The position numbers were made by a program, and so were the translations under genes. Of a DNA stretch of 64,000 nucleotides, positions 36,805 to 50,262 are shown one piece after another; position 1 is the first letter of the stretch; each line of letters begins with the position of its first letter. The notes below the pieces were generated by a model, which saw only the letters and a list, made by a program, of their open reading frames with translations, made no database searches and was not told the origin of the DNA. The stretch comes from Antechinus flavipes (lineage: Eukaryota), in assembly GCF_016432865.1 (NCBI RefSeq), contig NC_067403.1:246760001-246824000 (forward strand), read 5' to 3'.

Positions 36805-37240
36805 AAACATTACTGCAAAATTCCCAAGTAATTGGAAAAAAACAACACTTCTGGGAAATCAAAAGGTAAGGAGCTACTGATAGTTTTTCTCATGATATTT
36901 CCTTGTCTTCTGGGACTAAAAATGCCTAGGGGAGTGGGTCCCCATGCTATGTGGCTGTCATGTGTGTGCCCATATTTGGAACATTGACAAGATGTCACAT
37001 AAGGACTCCAGTGAGCCTAAACCCGATGGGAGCAGGAGAATTTGAAGTGAGATTACTTCCCCTGAAGCCAGTCTCCCATTATTCCCAATAATCTGTGTGA
37101 CTTTGAGAAAATGTCTTAGGGAAGAAGTAGAGTTTGGAAGACCAGAGTCAGAGGAACAGGAGAGCTGGTTCTGAGGCTGAACTGGAACCTCTCACACTTA
37201 GCAGAGCCAAAGTGAAAAAGAACTGAGTGGTGGGGTGAGT
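36805..37240 (+). promoter_or_regulatory. Putative OR promoter, non-coding exon 1 and donor for the 40617 gene
   Basis: TAATTG at 36829, CTTCTGGGAA at 36848, and donor GGG|GTGAGT (GT at 37235). Confidence 0.65.
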
Positions 37241-40200
37241 AGGTAGGACATCTGACTTTCCAAAGTTACTAAATGACTTTCAGAAGGTAGAGATCACCAT
37301 CAGGGATCAGACTCTTAACATTTAGAACCTCAGTGGCCTTAGAGATCAGCAAGTTCATCCTCTTCATTTCTGGAGAGGAATGATCAGGGATTCCTCTTAC
37401 ACTTTATGATCAATAAATCACTTCACATGTATTATCTCATATGATCTACATAATAATCCTGGGAGGTAGAACAACCATTCTCCACCCTCCCCCACTTTTA
37501 CAGGTGAGGAAGCTGAGAAATAACAGAGGGTAAATGACTAAAATAGGCTCTAGTGTCTAGTAAGTGTCTAAGGTAGAACTTGAGTTCAAATTTTTCAGAC
37601 ACTAATTCAATATTTGATCCACTCTCCCACTCAAATGTCTATAGAAAAATGATACAACGTATTATCCTTCAAATTCATATTACTATCTATGTATTGAGCC
37701 ACATGAGAAAGCTGTTCTTAATTATCCCTAAAGTTCCTCCCAGCTCTTAATTGAGTCTCCTGTGTACTAATCTAAGCAAGATCTTGTGCTTAGAGCTTCA
37801 GATACAGAGAGAGAGCACATTTTCCTGGTGCTCGAGATATTTATCTTCTATTCTGTTCTATTCTATTCTTATAGGGAAGAAACAGGATATGCCATTAACA
37901 GAGAATGATATGGGGAAGTAGTGAGTGATTGTTATTTAAAAGAGACATAAAGAAGGAAGTAGAAAAGAAAAGGATGAAAAACAGAGAAATAGAACAAGAG
38001 AAACCAAAAAATAATAAAAATAGAGGAAAATGCCTGTGGATTTCTAAAAAGGATGACTTCCAAGAGGATGCAGTTTTCCTCACTGAAGCATTGAAGGGCA
38101 ATTAGAAATCTGAAAGATCAGGTAAGGAAATAAGGCATTTGAGAAAGGAGAAGCTTATTCATATTCAGCAAAGACAGAGAAAGTCAAGCTTACTTTGGAG
38201 GAGAGCTGGCTGGCTGGTATGTGCCATGAATAAAGAATAGTGAGAACTGAGTCTTTGAAGGAAGTTAGAGCTAAGTCTTCAAATATCCAATGAAAGAGTT
38301 TCCATGTTGTATATACTATCAGGAGTAATACTGAAGGAATAATATTGAACTATTGGATTTTCTGGAGAAACACAGGAGCCTTGTGTGCCTGAGATAGGTT
38401 ATTTTGGAACTTTGTGAAGGATGGTTGAATAAGGAAGACAATGAAAAGACAGCGAATTATAGGAAGCAGTATGAGAGCCAAGACTCAGGGTGAGGAAGGA
38501 CTTAATGTTCAGAATGGCTATGTGACTAAAAAGAACAGGATGGACACAAGAGATGTATTATAGAAGGAAGTGACAGAACCTAGCAATCTATTGCATATGA
38601 CTGATGAGGGAAGAAGAGTAGCATTAGACTCACTTTTAGAGCCCAGGTGATAGAGGGCATTGAGATACCACCAAAAGAAAAAGGTAAGTTGGAAGGACAG
38701 ATGGATTTGATAAGAGGCAGAAACAAGATGGAGTCAAACTTTTCTTTTCACAAGTCATTAACTAACCTTTCTGATTTTTAATTTGGAGAGAGAAAAAAAA
38801 AAAGAACTGGGGTAATGGATAGCAATGAAACAAAGACTAGCTGTAGCAAGGTGACATACTAGGTGTAGTGGCCAAGAGAGGGTTGGCCCAATAGTCAAAC
38901 AATAGTGGTGAGGTAATGGTGGGACATCAATTAAAACAGGGATTTCTATAGGCAAACACTCTAGATATGCAATTTAGTTGCATGACCCCTGTAGTGAGGG
39001 CAGAGAGAGATATGGAGCCTCTAGGAAGAAAAGAAGCATGAGCAAGTTGTGAGTATAGTTATACAGAAGGAGGGGATTATGATACATGTCTGTAATCCAT
39101 TACTAAGCCAGACTCAGATTGATGAATCTCTTGAACTCAAGGGCTCCGAGACACTGTGGGGAGAGAACCAACTGGGTGTGCCCAGTAAAGGCTAACACCA
39201 ATATAATGGACCATGAGAAGCAGTGGGGCTCCAGGCTGCAGGAGGAGGGATAGACTAGCTCAAGTCAGAAATGGAATTACCAGCGATATTGGGAGATGAG
39301 TGGCCACTGTACCTCCACTCTCGATAGAATAAGGATATTCCATCTCCAAAACAAAAGGGGGAAAAAGACAACAGTAACTAGACAAGATGTAAAAAGATCT
39401 AGACTCTAGTTCTAGTTAAACCAACGGCTCTGGGTAGGGGGATGTTTTAGTGACTTTAGAGAAATTATAGAAGCTCTTTGTGGTCTCTGTTTTCTCATCT
39501 GTTGATACAAAGAGACTTGGCTTAATGATCTCTAATATATCTTTTACTTCTGACATTAGGAAGCTCTTCACAAGTCTCACACTACTCTAGGTTCAAGGTT
39601 CCAGGATTCCTTCACTCAGAGCTAACACCTTGTTCTGAGCACTCTTCTATCTTTGGCTCATTTTCCACCTCTAATAACCAATGATTCCTTAGATCTAAAT
39701 ACCCCTTCATAACCATCTCTTACACCCCAAGCAAAGAAAACTGTTAGCCGAGCCCTTCCAGGATGACCAGCACCACCAATTGTAATGGTTTGTTTTAGAG
39801 TGCTCTGAGTTTTTTTTTTTTAATCAAACAAGAAGGAGGCATCTAAGTGATGCAGCAAATGGAATGCTAAACCTAGAGGGTCAGGAAGTCTTGAATTCAA
39901 AATTTGTCTCATACATCTGGGGAAAGACTCTGGACAGAACATTTGCCCTCTGCCTTCCTAATTGCTTCTTCCATAAAATGGAGATAATAGTAATACCAAT
40001 ATCCCTGGAAATTGTAAGGGCTGAATTTAAAAATAAATTAATATAACATGTCTTCTAAACTTTCAGGTGCTAGGTAAATGTTATCTACTAATATTATGAC
40101 TTACACAGTTCAGCAAGGATTTTCCCCTTCAGAGCAGCACCAGGGAGACTAAGATACTTATTCCTTTCATGCTGTCATTTCTGAGAACACACATTCCTTC

Positions 40201-40616
40201 ATTCCTTGTGAAACTGTTTTGAAGACTAGGTTTAAAACTCGATTTTTAAGACAGGTTAAAAGCTGAAAGGAAACCCATGCTCCTAAACTGCCTCATGTGA
40301 AGGAACCTTAGAAAATCAGCCTCAGAGTGTGATTGTAAATGTCAGAGCATCCCGAGACGCAGTTGTTATATTGGTTGGTTTTACTGAACAACTTTCTTTT
40401 TTTCTTGTTTTCAATCTTTTTTACAAGGGATGGTTCCTTGGGTTGGATAGTGGATAAAGCTAATTTCAAAAATCAAAGTGATGTGAAATCAAAAACATTT
40501 CAATAAAATAAGCTTGTTAAAGAAAAACTTCCATTCTAAACTAAATTCTATTTTATTCCTAATCTGAGGTCATTAAATCTTAGTCCTTCTCCTTCTATCT
40601 TTCATTTGCAGATGAT

Positions 40617-41555
40617 ATGAAAGCCATGACCCAAGAAAATGGCACCAAAGTGACCGAGTTCATTTTATTGGGATTTGCAATTCGACAAGAACTGCAGTAC
40701 ATGCTCTTCCTGGTGTTTCTGGTCATCTACAATATATCTCTAGTGGCTAATTTTGGTATGATCCTGCTCATCAAATGTGATGTTCGCCTTCACACTCCCA
40801 TGTATTTTTTCCTCCAAAACTTGGCTTTCGCTGACCTCTGTTACACAACTGCTATCACTCCCAAGATGTTGGTCAACTTCCTGGTCTCAGATAAGTCCAT
40901 CTCATTCTCAGGGTGTGTGATACAATTATATGTTTATGGTATATTCGCCACAATTGAATGTTACCTTCTGGCTGCCATGGCTGTAGATCATTATGTGGCC
41001 ATCTGCAACCCGCTCCGTTACCCAGTAGTCATGTCCCGGAGAGCCTGCATCCAGTTGGTCACTGGATCTTATGTCATGGGTTGCCTGAATGCTACCACAC
41101 ACGTAGGCTTTCTCCTTTCACTGTCTTTCTGCAATTCTAACAAAATCAATCACTTCTTTTGTGACTTGCCCCCGATGCTGAGCCTCTCCTGTTCCAATAT
41201 TGATTTTAATATCCTGTTGACTATGATTTTTGTGGGCTTTAACCTGATAGGCACATTTCTGGCTGTGTTCTTCTCCTACATTTACATCCTGGCTGCCATC
41301 TTGAGGATGCCCTCTACTGCAGGGAGGCACAAAGCCTTCTCCACTTGTGCCTCTCATATGACTGCTGTCACCATGTTCTATGTAACATCCTGTTACATGT
41401 ATTTACAGCCTTCTTCCAGCAAATCAGAAGAGAATGATAAAGTAGCTTCTGTGTTTTATGGCATCATAATACCCATGTTGAATCCCCTGATCTACAGTCT
41501 GAGAAACAAGGAGGTAAAAGAAGCAATGAAAGTTCTTATGAAAAGTTGTTTATGA
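40617..41555 (+). CDS. OR5AK2: Olfactory receptor OR5AK-like, 312 aa, intact frame with DRY->DHY (second ATG at 40626)
   Basis: Intact ORF and closest paralog of the 29780 gene. Motifs altered: GN->AN, DRY->DHY, FYG->FYV. Confidence 0.92.
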   Translation: MKAMTQENGTKVTEFILLGFAIRQELQYMLFLVFLVIYNISLVANFGMILLIKCDVRLHTPMYFFLQNLAFADLCYTTAITPKMLVNFLVSDKSISFSGCVIQLYVYGIFATIECYLLAAMAVDHYVAICNPLRYPVVMSRRACIQLVTGSYVMGCLNATTHVGFLLSLSFCNSNKINHFFCDLPPMLSLSCSNIDFNILLTMIFVGFNLIGTFLAVFFSYIYILAAILRMPSTAGRHKAFSTCASHMTAVTMFYVTSCYMYLQPSSSKSEENDKVASVFYGIIIPMLNPLIYSLRNKEVKEAMKVLMKSCL

Positions 41556-43030
41556 GTCAGTTCTTATTCCAATTCAGAGAAGCATTCAAACAAAGAGGGT
41601 CTCATTTATTTTCTTTAATAGCTAGATGTTGGATCAGTTCAGAGAACAGATCATTTCATTGCTTCAACATGTAAATAAGAGATAAATATGGAGAGTATGA
41701 CAAACTTCAGTTAAAATTTATAAATATATTCCCTCCTTGTTCTACAGCCTACTTGAATCCAACATGGATATTTCTATTTCTATTGTCCTTTTAGTCATCC
41801 ATCCCTCTGATTCTTCAGAATTTTGGTGTTCCAAGATTTGTTACCACTCATTACTCTTAACAGAATGTTTACATTAAGAAGAAAAATATTTACACTGAGG
41901 CAATTTGAAATCATTAAAAATACTAGGCAGTTTTCCATGTGCATACAGACCATATTATTCCTCCCATTCAATTTTGGGCTCATTTGACTAGTTACATATA
42001 TTATATTAGTAATTTGCATTGATGTATTAATTCATGGACTAGCAATACAAATATATGTTATTGTCTGAGCTATAAATATTTATATCACTCATTTAATTGG
42101 TCCTATATAAATTGCTAAGGTGATCCTTTTTGAGTAGTCAATCTATTTTAATAAGTTGTTTTGATATAGTTGTTGTAGAATCATTTCAGTCATGTCCAAC
42201 TCTTCATAACCCCATTTGAGTTTTCCTTAACAAGGTCACTGAAGTGGTTTGCTATTTCCTTCTCCAATCTATTTTACAGAAGAATAACTGAGGCAGATAG
42301 GCTTAAGTGACTCGCCCAGAGTCACACAATTACTGCATGAGGCCAGATTTGAATTCATGAAGATGAGTCTTCTTGATTTAAAGCCCCATGCTCTATTCAA
42401 TGAGACATAGCTAGTCTAAACCATAGACTAGCCAGAAGTCTTTGAATTTACAGAAAATCCCTTTTTCATCTTGTTATCATGAAAGACATACTCAGCCATA
42501 ATGATGGACAGCTTTTCAAAACATTTTCCTCCATATCGTGTGCCTGATTTAATTTTAATAACTAAAGAATGCTTTAACCAAATTATCTCTATGGTTGAGT
42601 TATCAAAGAATCTTGCATGATCTTTTCCTTTTTATGGAAGACAAGGGGGTGGCACTTAACTTCCCCTTGAACGTCTAACATCTTGTGCATACAAGTAATT
42701 CATTATTCAAGTCCCTTTTATTGCTTTTTGGGGAAATAACACCTATTTGTCATTTATTGCAGTCTTTTGATATTTTTCTCTCTTGAAGATATGTTGAAAG
42801 CTAATTGCTGAGTACCTTAATAATTTGGTTTGAAAATTGGAAATTGGAATTCTTCAAGTCCAGATGCTCTTCCCAGTCTTCCTGGTGTAATTTTTCCTGG
42901 TAAAAATAACAATGTGTACTAACCTATTTTATTCAAAAGTCATAATTAAAGGTGATTACTGTGGAGTATTGGCAGTTCCACTTCATTTCCACCTTTAAAA
43001 CAGAATCAGAATCTGACTTTTATATGCTCT

Positions 43031-43344
43031 TGTTGGAGTACATGGGAGAGCTGTTGTAATACACGGGAACCACCTGACAGCAGCTGCTGGAGATCCAATC
43101 CAGACCTGCAGAATGGATCTCCTCTTGTGAGAGGATGGTACAAGGAGACTGAGAGGCAATTGCTATTCTCTGATCTCTCTGAGAGGCCATTACATTGTCC
43201 GATCTCTCTCCTCTTCCATCTGCCTCCAATTTATCTCATTCCCAGTCTGCAACACCTGTGTCAGCAAAGGCTGCCTTGCAACTGTTTCAGATGTTATGAT
43301 CCACAGCTATGGAGGCTCTCAGAGAATTGACCTGTCCCTTGACA
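43031..43344. mobile_element. Solo LTR (314 bp), 6-bp TSD
   Basis: TG...CA termini and TSD TGCTCT at 43025-43030 and 43345-43350. The paralogous site at ~32163 (TTTGCTCTATTCTT) is empty. Confidence 0.87.
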
Positions 43345-44269
43345 TGCTCTATTCTTCTGAACCAACTTGCTGCATCATTACCTAAACTTAACTGCCAAAT
43401 TCAGTGTCATTTTTGAAGGCTTCATTATCTCTGACCTCTCCCCACATACACTGTTGACCATCCTTCTTGGAAATTCTATTTTTCTTTGACTTTAATATCT
43501 CTTCCCAGGTATTCCTTCTTCCTGGGGTTTTTTTTTTCCCAAATCATCCATCTCCTGACTCCAAACTTGGAGTGTTTGGAATCTCCATCCTGTGTACTTT
43601 TTTTCAAATGAGTTATTAAAATGCTTGGCAAACCTTAAACTGTCACACAAATGTGAGTGATTGCTATTATTACTAATTTCTTAACTCTTCCCCCTATTGC
43701 TTCAGAATTCAGATCAAATGACATTTTCCTTCATGATACCTTCCTTAATCCTCTACAGCTATTACTGATGATCTCTAACTTCTCTGAGTACATTCTTTGT
43801 ATTTATTTGTATGTTTATGTTATGTCCTTTCAGAGGGTTAAAACCTCACTATGGCAAGGATGCTTTCATTATTGACTTTGTGGTCTACTGTATTTAACAC
43901 AGTGGATTACACATAGTATGGAGTTAATAAATATATGTTGAATTTGAAATTGCCAACACAAAGGTCACATCCACTGATAGATTGATAGGCTGTTACAAAC
44001 ATCAGAAATTCACCCAACTTAATTGGGAGAAGTATCAACCAAAGATCTAAACATGTCTTCTTTGGGGTTTTTACTAGAAGTTTTAAATTATCTATGGCAG
44101 TTCCTTAGGTTTTCTTCAAAGTCAGTTTCTTGAAATTTGCTAACAGAATATCATCTGCTATTAGGTAACTCAGTCACAGGCAAATTTAGAAAATAAGAAC
44201 AATAAGTGAAGGTGCAACAGAAGATTTACATTGCTTATGCTTTTGCCATTGTTAAATCATATTTATATG

Positions 44270-45645
44270 TTCATAGGAAAATATTGGTCTCTATTCTAGC
44301 AGAAAAAGGTGGGGGGCGTAGTGGAATTCACCTCTATGTTCTAGATTAAGAAAAATTGAGTTTTCCTTAAAGAAATATGAAAAGAGGCACAGAATACAAT
44401 AATGGAAAAAGAGATCCAAAAACTCAAGGAAGAAAATAACTCCTTGAAAACTAGAATTGGACAAGGAGAAGCTAATGACAGTATAAGACATCATGAAATA
44501 ATAATAACAAAATAAAAAAAATGAAAAACTAGAAGAGAATATGAAACACCACCTTAGAAAAACAACTGATCTAGAAAATGGATTGAATGTAGACAATATA
44601 AGAATTGTTGGACTACCTGAAAATTATAATAAAAAGAGTCAAGATATAATATTGCAAGAAATTATTAAGGAAAAATGTCCTGATGTACTAAAACAAAAAG
44701 GCAAAATAGAAATAGATAAAAATCTATTATGCACCACCTCACAGAGATCTCACAATCAAAATTCAGAGCAACAACACAGCCTAATTTCAAAGTTCCCAGG
44801 TTAAGGAGAAAATATTGCAATCAACTAAAAAAGATAATATTGTAAAACTACAGTTGGGAGAACAAAAGATTTAATAGCTTCTACTTTAAAAGACAAGAGG
44901 GTTTGAAACATGTTTTGAAAAGCAAAAGAGCTGGATTTGTAATCAAAAATGACTTCTTCAAGAAAGCTGAGCATAATTCTAAATAAAAATTATATTTAAT
45001 GAATTGAAAGACTAAGTATTTGTGTCAAAAAAGATCAGATCTCAATAAAAATAGGTATTATTTTTTAATAAAATTGAATTGAGCACGAGGGGTGATTTTT
45101 AAAAATAAAATTGAGCACAGAGGTAAAAATGAGCACAATGAGACATGAGTGAAAAAATGGAAATAAGTGGGGCTCAGGCTGAATTTTTATTCTTATCAGA
45201 ATTAGACTAAAGAGGGAATAACATAAAATGACACAAAAGTTTTCTAAATTTATAAAGAATTAGGAGAGCAAGGGGACAGGAAGAACTTTTAGAAGAGTAT
45301 GTAGATCAATAAGTAAGAGGGTAAGGGGAAAATGAGGAAGGGATTATTTTAAAAAGCGTGGATTAGGAAGTTGATAGAAGTAAATCAGATGTGTTTGCAG
45401 GGAAAGGGTAAAAAGAGAGAATGAGAAGAATAAAAAATAAATAGAATAGAGTGAAATATTAAATAGCAATTATAAATTTTAGTGTGGGGGTGATGAACTC
45501 ACTCATAAAATGAAAATAGCAGAATGAATTAAAAATCAGAATCCAACAATATATTGTTTATATCACAACAAAATAAAAAAATAATATTATTATATTCATA
45601 GATGCAGAAAAAACTTTTGATGGAATACAATACTCATTCCTGTTT

Positions 45646-45696
<51 letters not shown>

Positions 45697-47790
45697 TAGG
45701 TGTAAGTAGATTTTTTTCTTAGAATGATAAAAAGCATTTATCTAAAACCATCAGCAAGCATTATTAGTAATGGGGATATCAAAAGCCTTTCAAGTAAGAT
45801 CAGGAGGGGAAAAAAGGATGCCCATGGCCAATTATTATTTAATTTTATATTAGATATGCTAGCAATAACAATGAGAGAAGAAAACAAAATTGATGGAATC
45901 AGAATGGGCAATGAGTTAATGATATTGTCTCTTTTTGTAAATGATATACTTGGAAAACACTAAAGATCCAATTAAAAGTTAGTGAAAACAATTTTAGCAA
46001 TGTGTCCAGATATGAAATAAACCCATGAGCTTCTATAAGTCACCAACAAAGCCATGCAAGAAACAGTAAGAGAAACTCCATTTAAAATAAGTATAGACAG
46101 TATAAAATATTTGGGAGTATCCCTATGAAAACAACCCCAGTAACTACATCAATATAATTATAAAATATTTGATACTAATTAAATAAAATATAAAAAATAA
46201 AGAATAAATGTAAATATAAAATTAAAATAAAATATAGGAAATTGTTCATGAATAGACAGAGCCAATATGGTTAAAGAAGATTGTATAAATAAATCAGTTT
46301 ATATAAAACTATGCCAATCCAATTAAATTGTGAAAAAAAAATGTTTTACTGAGCTATAAAATAAAAACAAAATTCATTTGGAAAATCAAAAGGTCAAGAA
46401 AATCAAGAATTAATTTTAAAATCATAAAGGACAGATGTTTAACAGTAGTAGAAATTATACTATAAGGCAGTAATTATCAAAACTATCTGCTACTGGCTAA
46501 AAAACAAAAAGGTGAATCAGTAAAACAGAGAAGAAATACAATGCACAACAGAAAATAATTATAGTAATTGTATTTGACAAGTGTAGAGATTTAATGTTTT
46601 GGAGTAAAAATTCATTATGTGTTTTTTTTAAGTGATGAAAAAGCTGGAAATCTGTCTGACAGAAAATGGGCATAGACTAATATTTTAAACTTTTTACCAA
46701 GAAAAGGTCAAAATGGACACATAAGGTAGATATAACAAGTGATATCATTTTAAAAAATAGAACATGGGATATATTACCTATTAGACTTACTAGAGAACAA
46801 CTAATGAATAAATGAGATAGAGAGATTATGTTAGATTGAAAATGGATAATTTTGATTACGTTAACTTTAAAAGGTTTTGTATAAATAAAATCAATATAGC
46901 CAAGATTAAAAGGAAACTGGGAGAAAAATTTTAGATAAAGTTTCTCAAATAAATGTCATATCTCAAATATATAAATGTATTAGAAATATGAATCATTTCC
47001 CAATGGATAAATGGTCAAAAACTATGAACAGGCAATTTCTATATGAATAAATCAAAATTATATACAGTTATGTGAAAAAAATTATCTAAATTAGTATCAA
47101 TTAGAGAAATAAAAATTAAAACAAATTTGACATATTTAGACTGATTTGACATATATAGACTGATTAAAATAATAGAAGGGAAAATGTTGGAGGGGATATG
47201 GAAAAATAAATACCCAAATTAATTAAAAAAGACATATGAAGAAAGTTGCTATCCATTGCTATAGAAAAAACAGATAAATACAAGTAAGTTTACTATGGTT
47301 TTACATATATATATACATGCTTTGTTTAAAAGTAGCCTTCTCTGGGGCAAATTTTTTTAAAGTATGAGTTGAGACCACATATGAGGTCACAATACTGGAT
47401 GTGGAGATCACGAAATTTTGATTTGTTGTCTTATTTGTATTTATTTATTGGTTTTAATAAATTATATCTATTATTATAATTTGTTTACTTATTTTATATT
47501 CCTGTATATACAGGGCTACATAAAATTTTCTCAGGAAAAAAGTTCACAAATGAAAAAAGTTAAAGAAGTCCTGCTAGGACAAGATGGGAAAAGAGAAAGA
47601 AAAAAAAATTTAAATGCACAGTAGAAAACAAAAGTAAACTTAGAACAAAGAATAAAAAAGCAGGTTAACTTTGGAAATGATGTATAGTATTTATAATTTT
47701 TCAAAAATAATAATGTTTTTATAATGAATTCTCTTTTATGATATACTGCTTACATGGATTTTTTTGGTATTTAATTTAAAAATGAATTAT
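44270..47790 (+). mobile_element. Old, internally deleted LINE-1 (ORF1 remnant, spacer, ORF2 EN/RT/C-terminal remnants)
   Basis: ORF1-like DLENxxxxDNIRIVGLPE...ILQEIIKEKCPDVL (44541-44804). RT-like IDAEKxFDxIQ near 45600 is joined directly to the EN start. ORF2 3' remnants lie at 46400-47200. Confidence 0.8.
45649..45694. repeat. (CA)23 microsatellite inside the old L1
   Basis: Perfect CA run. Confidence 0.95.
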
Positions 47791-49039
47791 AAATTTCAAA
47801 AGAAAGTAAAGAAATCCTGGGTTCACAACTTACGACCTATGTGGTTTTAGATAATTATGGGCTTCAGTTTCTTCATCTGTAAAATGAGGGGACTGGAATA
47901 AATGAAATTCATTTCCTTTCAGCTCTAAAATTGTGATTCTATATACTTCAAGTAGACACTCTCAAAGTCTTTCTTATTAGGTGTATGATTCTGGGCAAAT
48001 ACTTTAATTTCTCTGAGACTCTCACAAATCTCTTTCTGTCTCTTTAAGCTACAAGGATGTCTCGGCTTTGTTCTGACTGAAAATTTTTTCAATTCTGTGG
48101 TTTCCCTCCACCTCAAGACCCCTTCTCTCTTAGTGAATTCCTCTCAGAATCTCCATCTTGAGGACAGGCCAATCTTTTATCCCTTTCCCAACTTTGCTTC
48201 TGACTCTTTCCTACCATGTCCAAATATCTCCCTTTACCCCTGACTCTTCAGCTCTTTTATTTTTATTATGTGTTCTCCCTTCCTTATTAGAATTTAAGCT
48301 TCTTGAAAGCAAAGGTTTCCTTTTTTTTTAACTTGTATTTGTATCTCTGTTGCTTGGCACAATGTCGGTAAATAGAAAGTGCTTAATTAGTGTTGGTTGA
48401 CTTGACTTGCCTCAATTATCTTACAAAATGAGTGGACTAGATTTGATTATTTTTAAAATCCCTTTCAACTCTAAATCTGACATATGAAATGTTGGGATCT
48501 CAGGAACTATATCTTGTGTGTGTGTGTTCAATGTCAAGAACTAGTTGCCAAAAGCTCCTCATAATCCACTTCATTTCCTAGCATTAGTCCCAAATCATTC
48601 CAATATCACATCTGTAGCATATTCTAGTCAAGTCCCAAAGGCTTTCTCTTACACGAAATGGACTGTCCTCTGAAATAGACTATTGGTTTCCATATTGATT
48701 GCCATGACAAGAAAAGAATTACTTCTATTGCTTCAGAGTGTCATCTCCTCTACTTAGAAAATTATTTAGGGTACTGGGAGAATAAGGGAATTGTTCAGTG
48801 GGGTTCTATAACCAGTGTATACCATGACAAAACTTGATTTCAGATTTTCCTGACTGAGAAAGTCATCTACCAGATGACAGGTCGATAGCCACTACACTGT
48901 CATACTGACTTTCTTAATTATCATACAGATAAATCCCTTAATACTTAAGTTTGAAAACAACTATAATGATGATGATAATGGGAATTCTATTCTAGGAGGC
49001 TGCCTCATGTCTAACTCTGAAGGAAAAAAAATAATGATC

Positions 49040-49362
49040 ACTGTTCCTCCTCTGAGACCATAGATACTCAGGAGAATGGATCCCAAGTCCATGCCCTGGC
49101 TAATGTATGTTCTGCATCAGGAGTACTAAAGGGATGTCATCTGAGATGTCAATCAGTCTGTCCCTAATATAAACAGTGAAATACAAAGTGATATCATTTC
49201 CTCTAAAATGAATCCAATCACCCACTATTTTCAATGAGCAGTGACTATACCAGTATCTCAGGAGAATAAGCCTGAGGGGCCAGTGTGAAGAGACAGAGAA
49301 GCTGGCATAAAACTGAATGGGAATTTCTTTCTCAGTAAAGTCACAATGAAAAAGGAGTATGT
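49040..49362 (+). promoter_or_regulatory. Diverged promoter/exon 1 candidate for the 53731 gene
   Basis: GAGACAGAGAAGCTGG...CTCAGTAAAGTCACAATGAAAAAGGA is recognisably homologous to the exon-1 end in other units. EBF-like TCTCAGGAGA and GCCTGAGGGG; donor GGA|GTATGT (GT at 49357). Confidence 0.45.
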
Positions 49363-50009
49363 GCTTTATAATATGTGAGCTCTAGGAATATAATCACCTG
49401 TCCTCCCTTTTATTTTTATTTTTCATAATTAATTTTTTGGCCTTGTATTTCTCCTTATGAATTTTATTAACATTTTACATCATCTTATCAGGTATGCTAT
49501 TGGTATTTTATTCAGTACAACCTAATATTTTCATTTGAACTTGGTAATTAAACTCATCTCTACTATATTAGCTCAACTTAATCATGAATATTAAATATCT
49601 AGCCATGTATTTAGTTGATTTATTTGGTTAAGATGATATCTAGTCGACTTTGTATCAATTCATTAAGTATTGGTGGGCTACTTGCACAATACTGAAAATG
49701 TTGCTATTTTAAGAATTATTTTTATCTTTTTTTTCTGAATATTGTTGATGACATATAAAAATACTGATTTTTTGTGATTAAAAAATAATGAGGAGTATGA
49801 AATATTGCTGATGGAATGAATGAGATGGCAGGACTTTCCATATTCTGGTACATTTCAAGATACTTAGACACAGAAGGTTAACTCAAGTCAACACATATTA
49901 TTCCAATATGTATCAGGCACAATACAAGACGTGAGAAGACTATATATACATACAAATATATACACGCTCGTAGTAGAAGTAGTAGTCAAATACTACCTAC
50001 TTCTATGGG

Positions 50010-50262
50010 GCCAGCTAGGTGATGTAGTAGATAGAATACTATATCTAGAGTCAGAAGAATATGAGTTCAAATCTGATCTCAGATGCTTACTAGCTTTGTG
50101 ACTTGGTCAAGTCACTTAACCCCTATTTATGCCAGTTCTTCATCTGTAAAATGAGGACACACTAGAGAAAGAAATGGCAAGCCACTAGTATCACTGACAA
50201 GAAAACCCAGTAGACAAAATGCATAGGGTCACATAGAATTAAACATGACTGAACAACTTAAA
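50010..50262 (+). mobile_element. MAR1-type CORE-SINE
   Basis: GCCAGCTAGGTG...GAGTCAGAAGA..TGAGTTCAAATC...GAAATGGCAAGCCACT...CATGACTGAACAAC. Confidence 0.78.

Larger units (their letters stand above)
33686..45560 (+). repeat. Segmental duplication copy B (unit containing the 40617 OR)
   Basis: At ~33686 L1 EN sequence switches abruptly to L2-flank sequence homologous to ~22607/3700. Confidence 0.8.

Noticed and set aside
50010-50110. tRNA-like A/B-box sequences in SINE heads (also 59492, 54745, 56700)
   Set aside because: These are CORE-SINE heads and do not form a tRNA cloverleaf; no tRNA, rRNA or CRISPR array is supported anywhere in the window.
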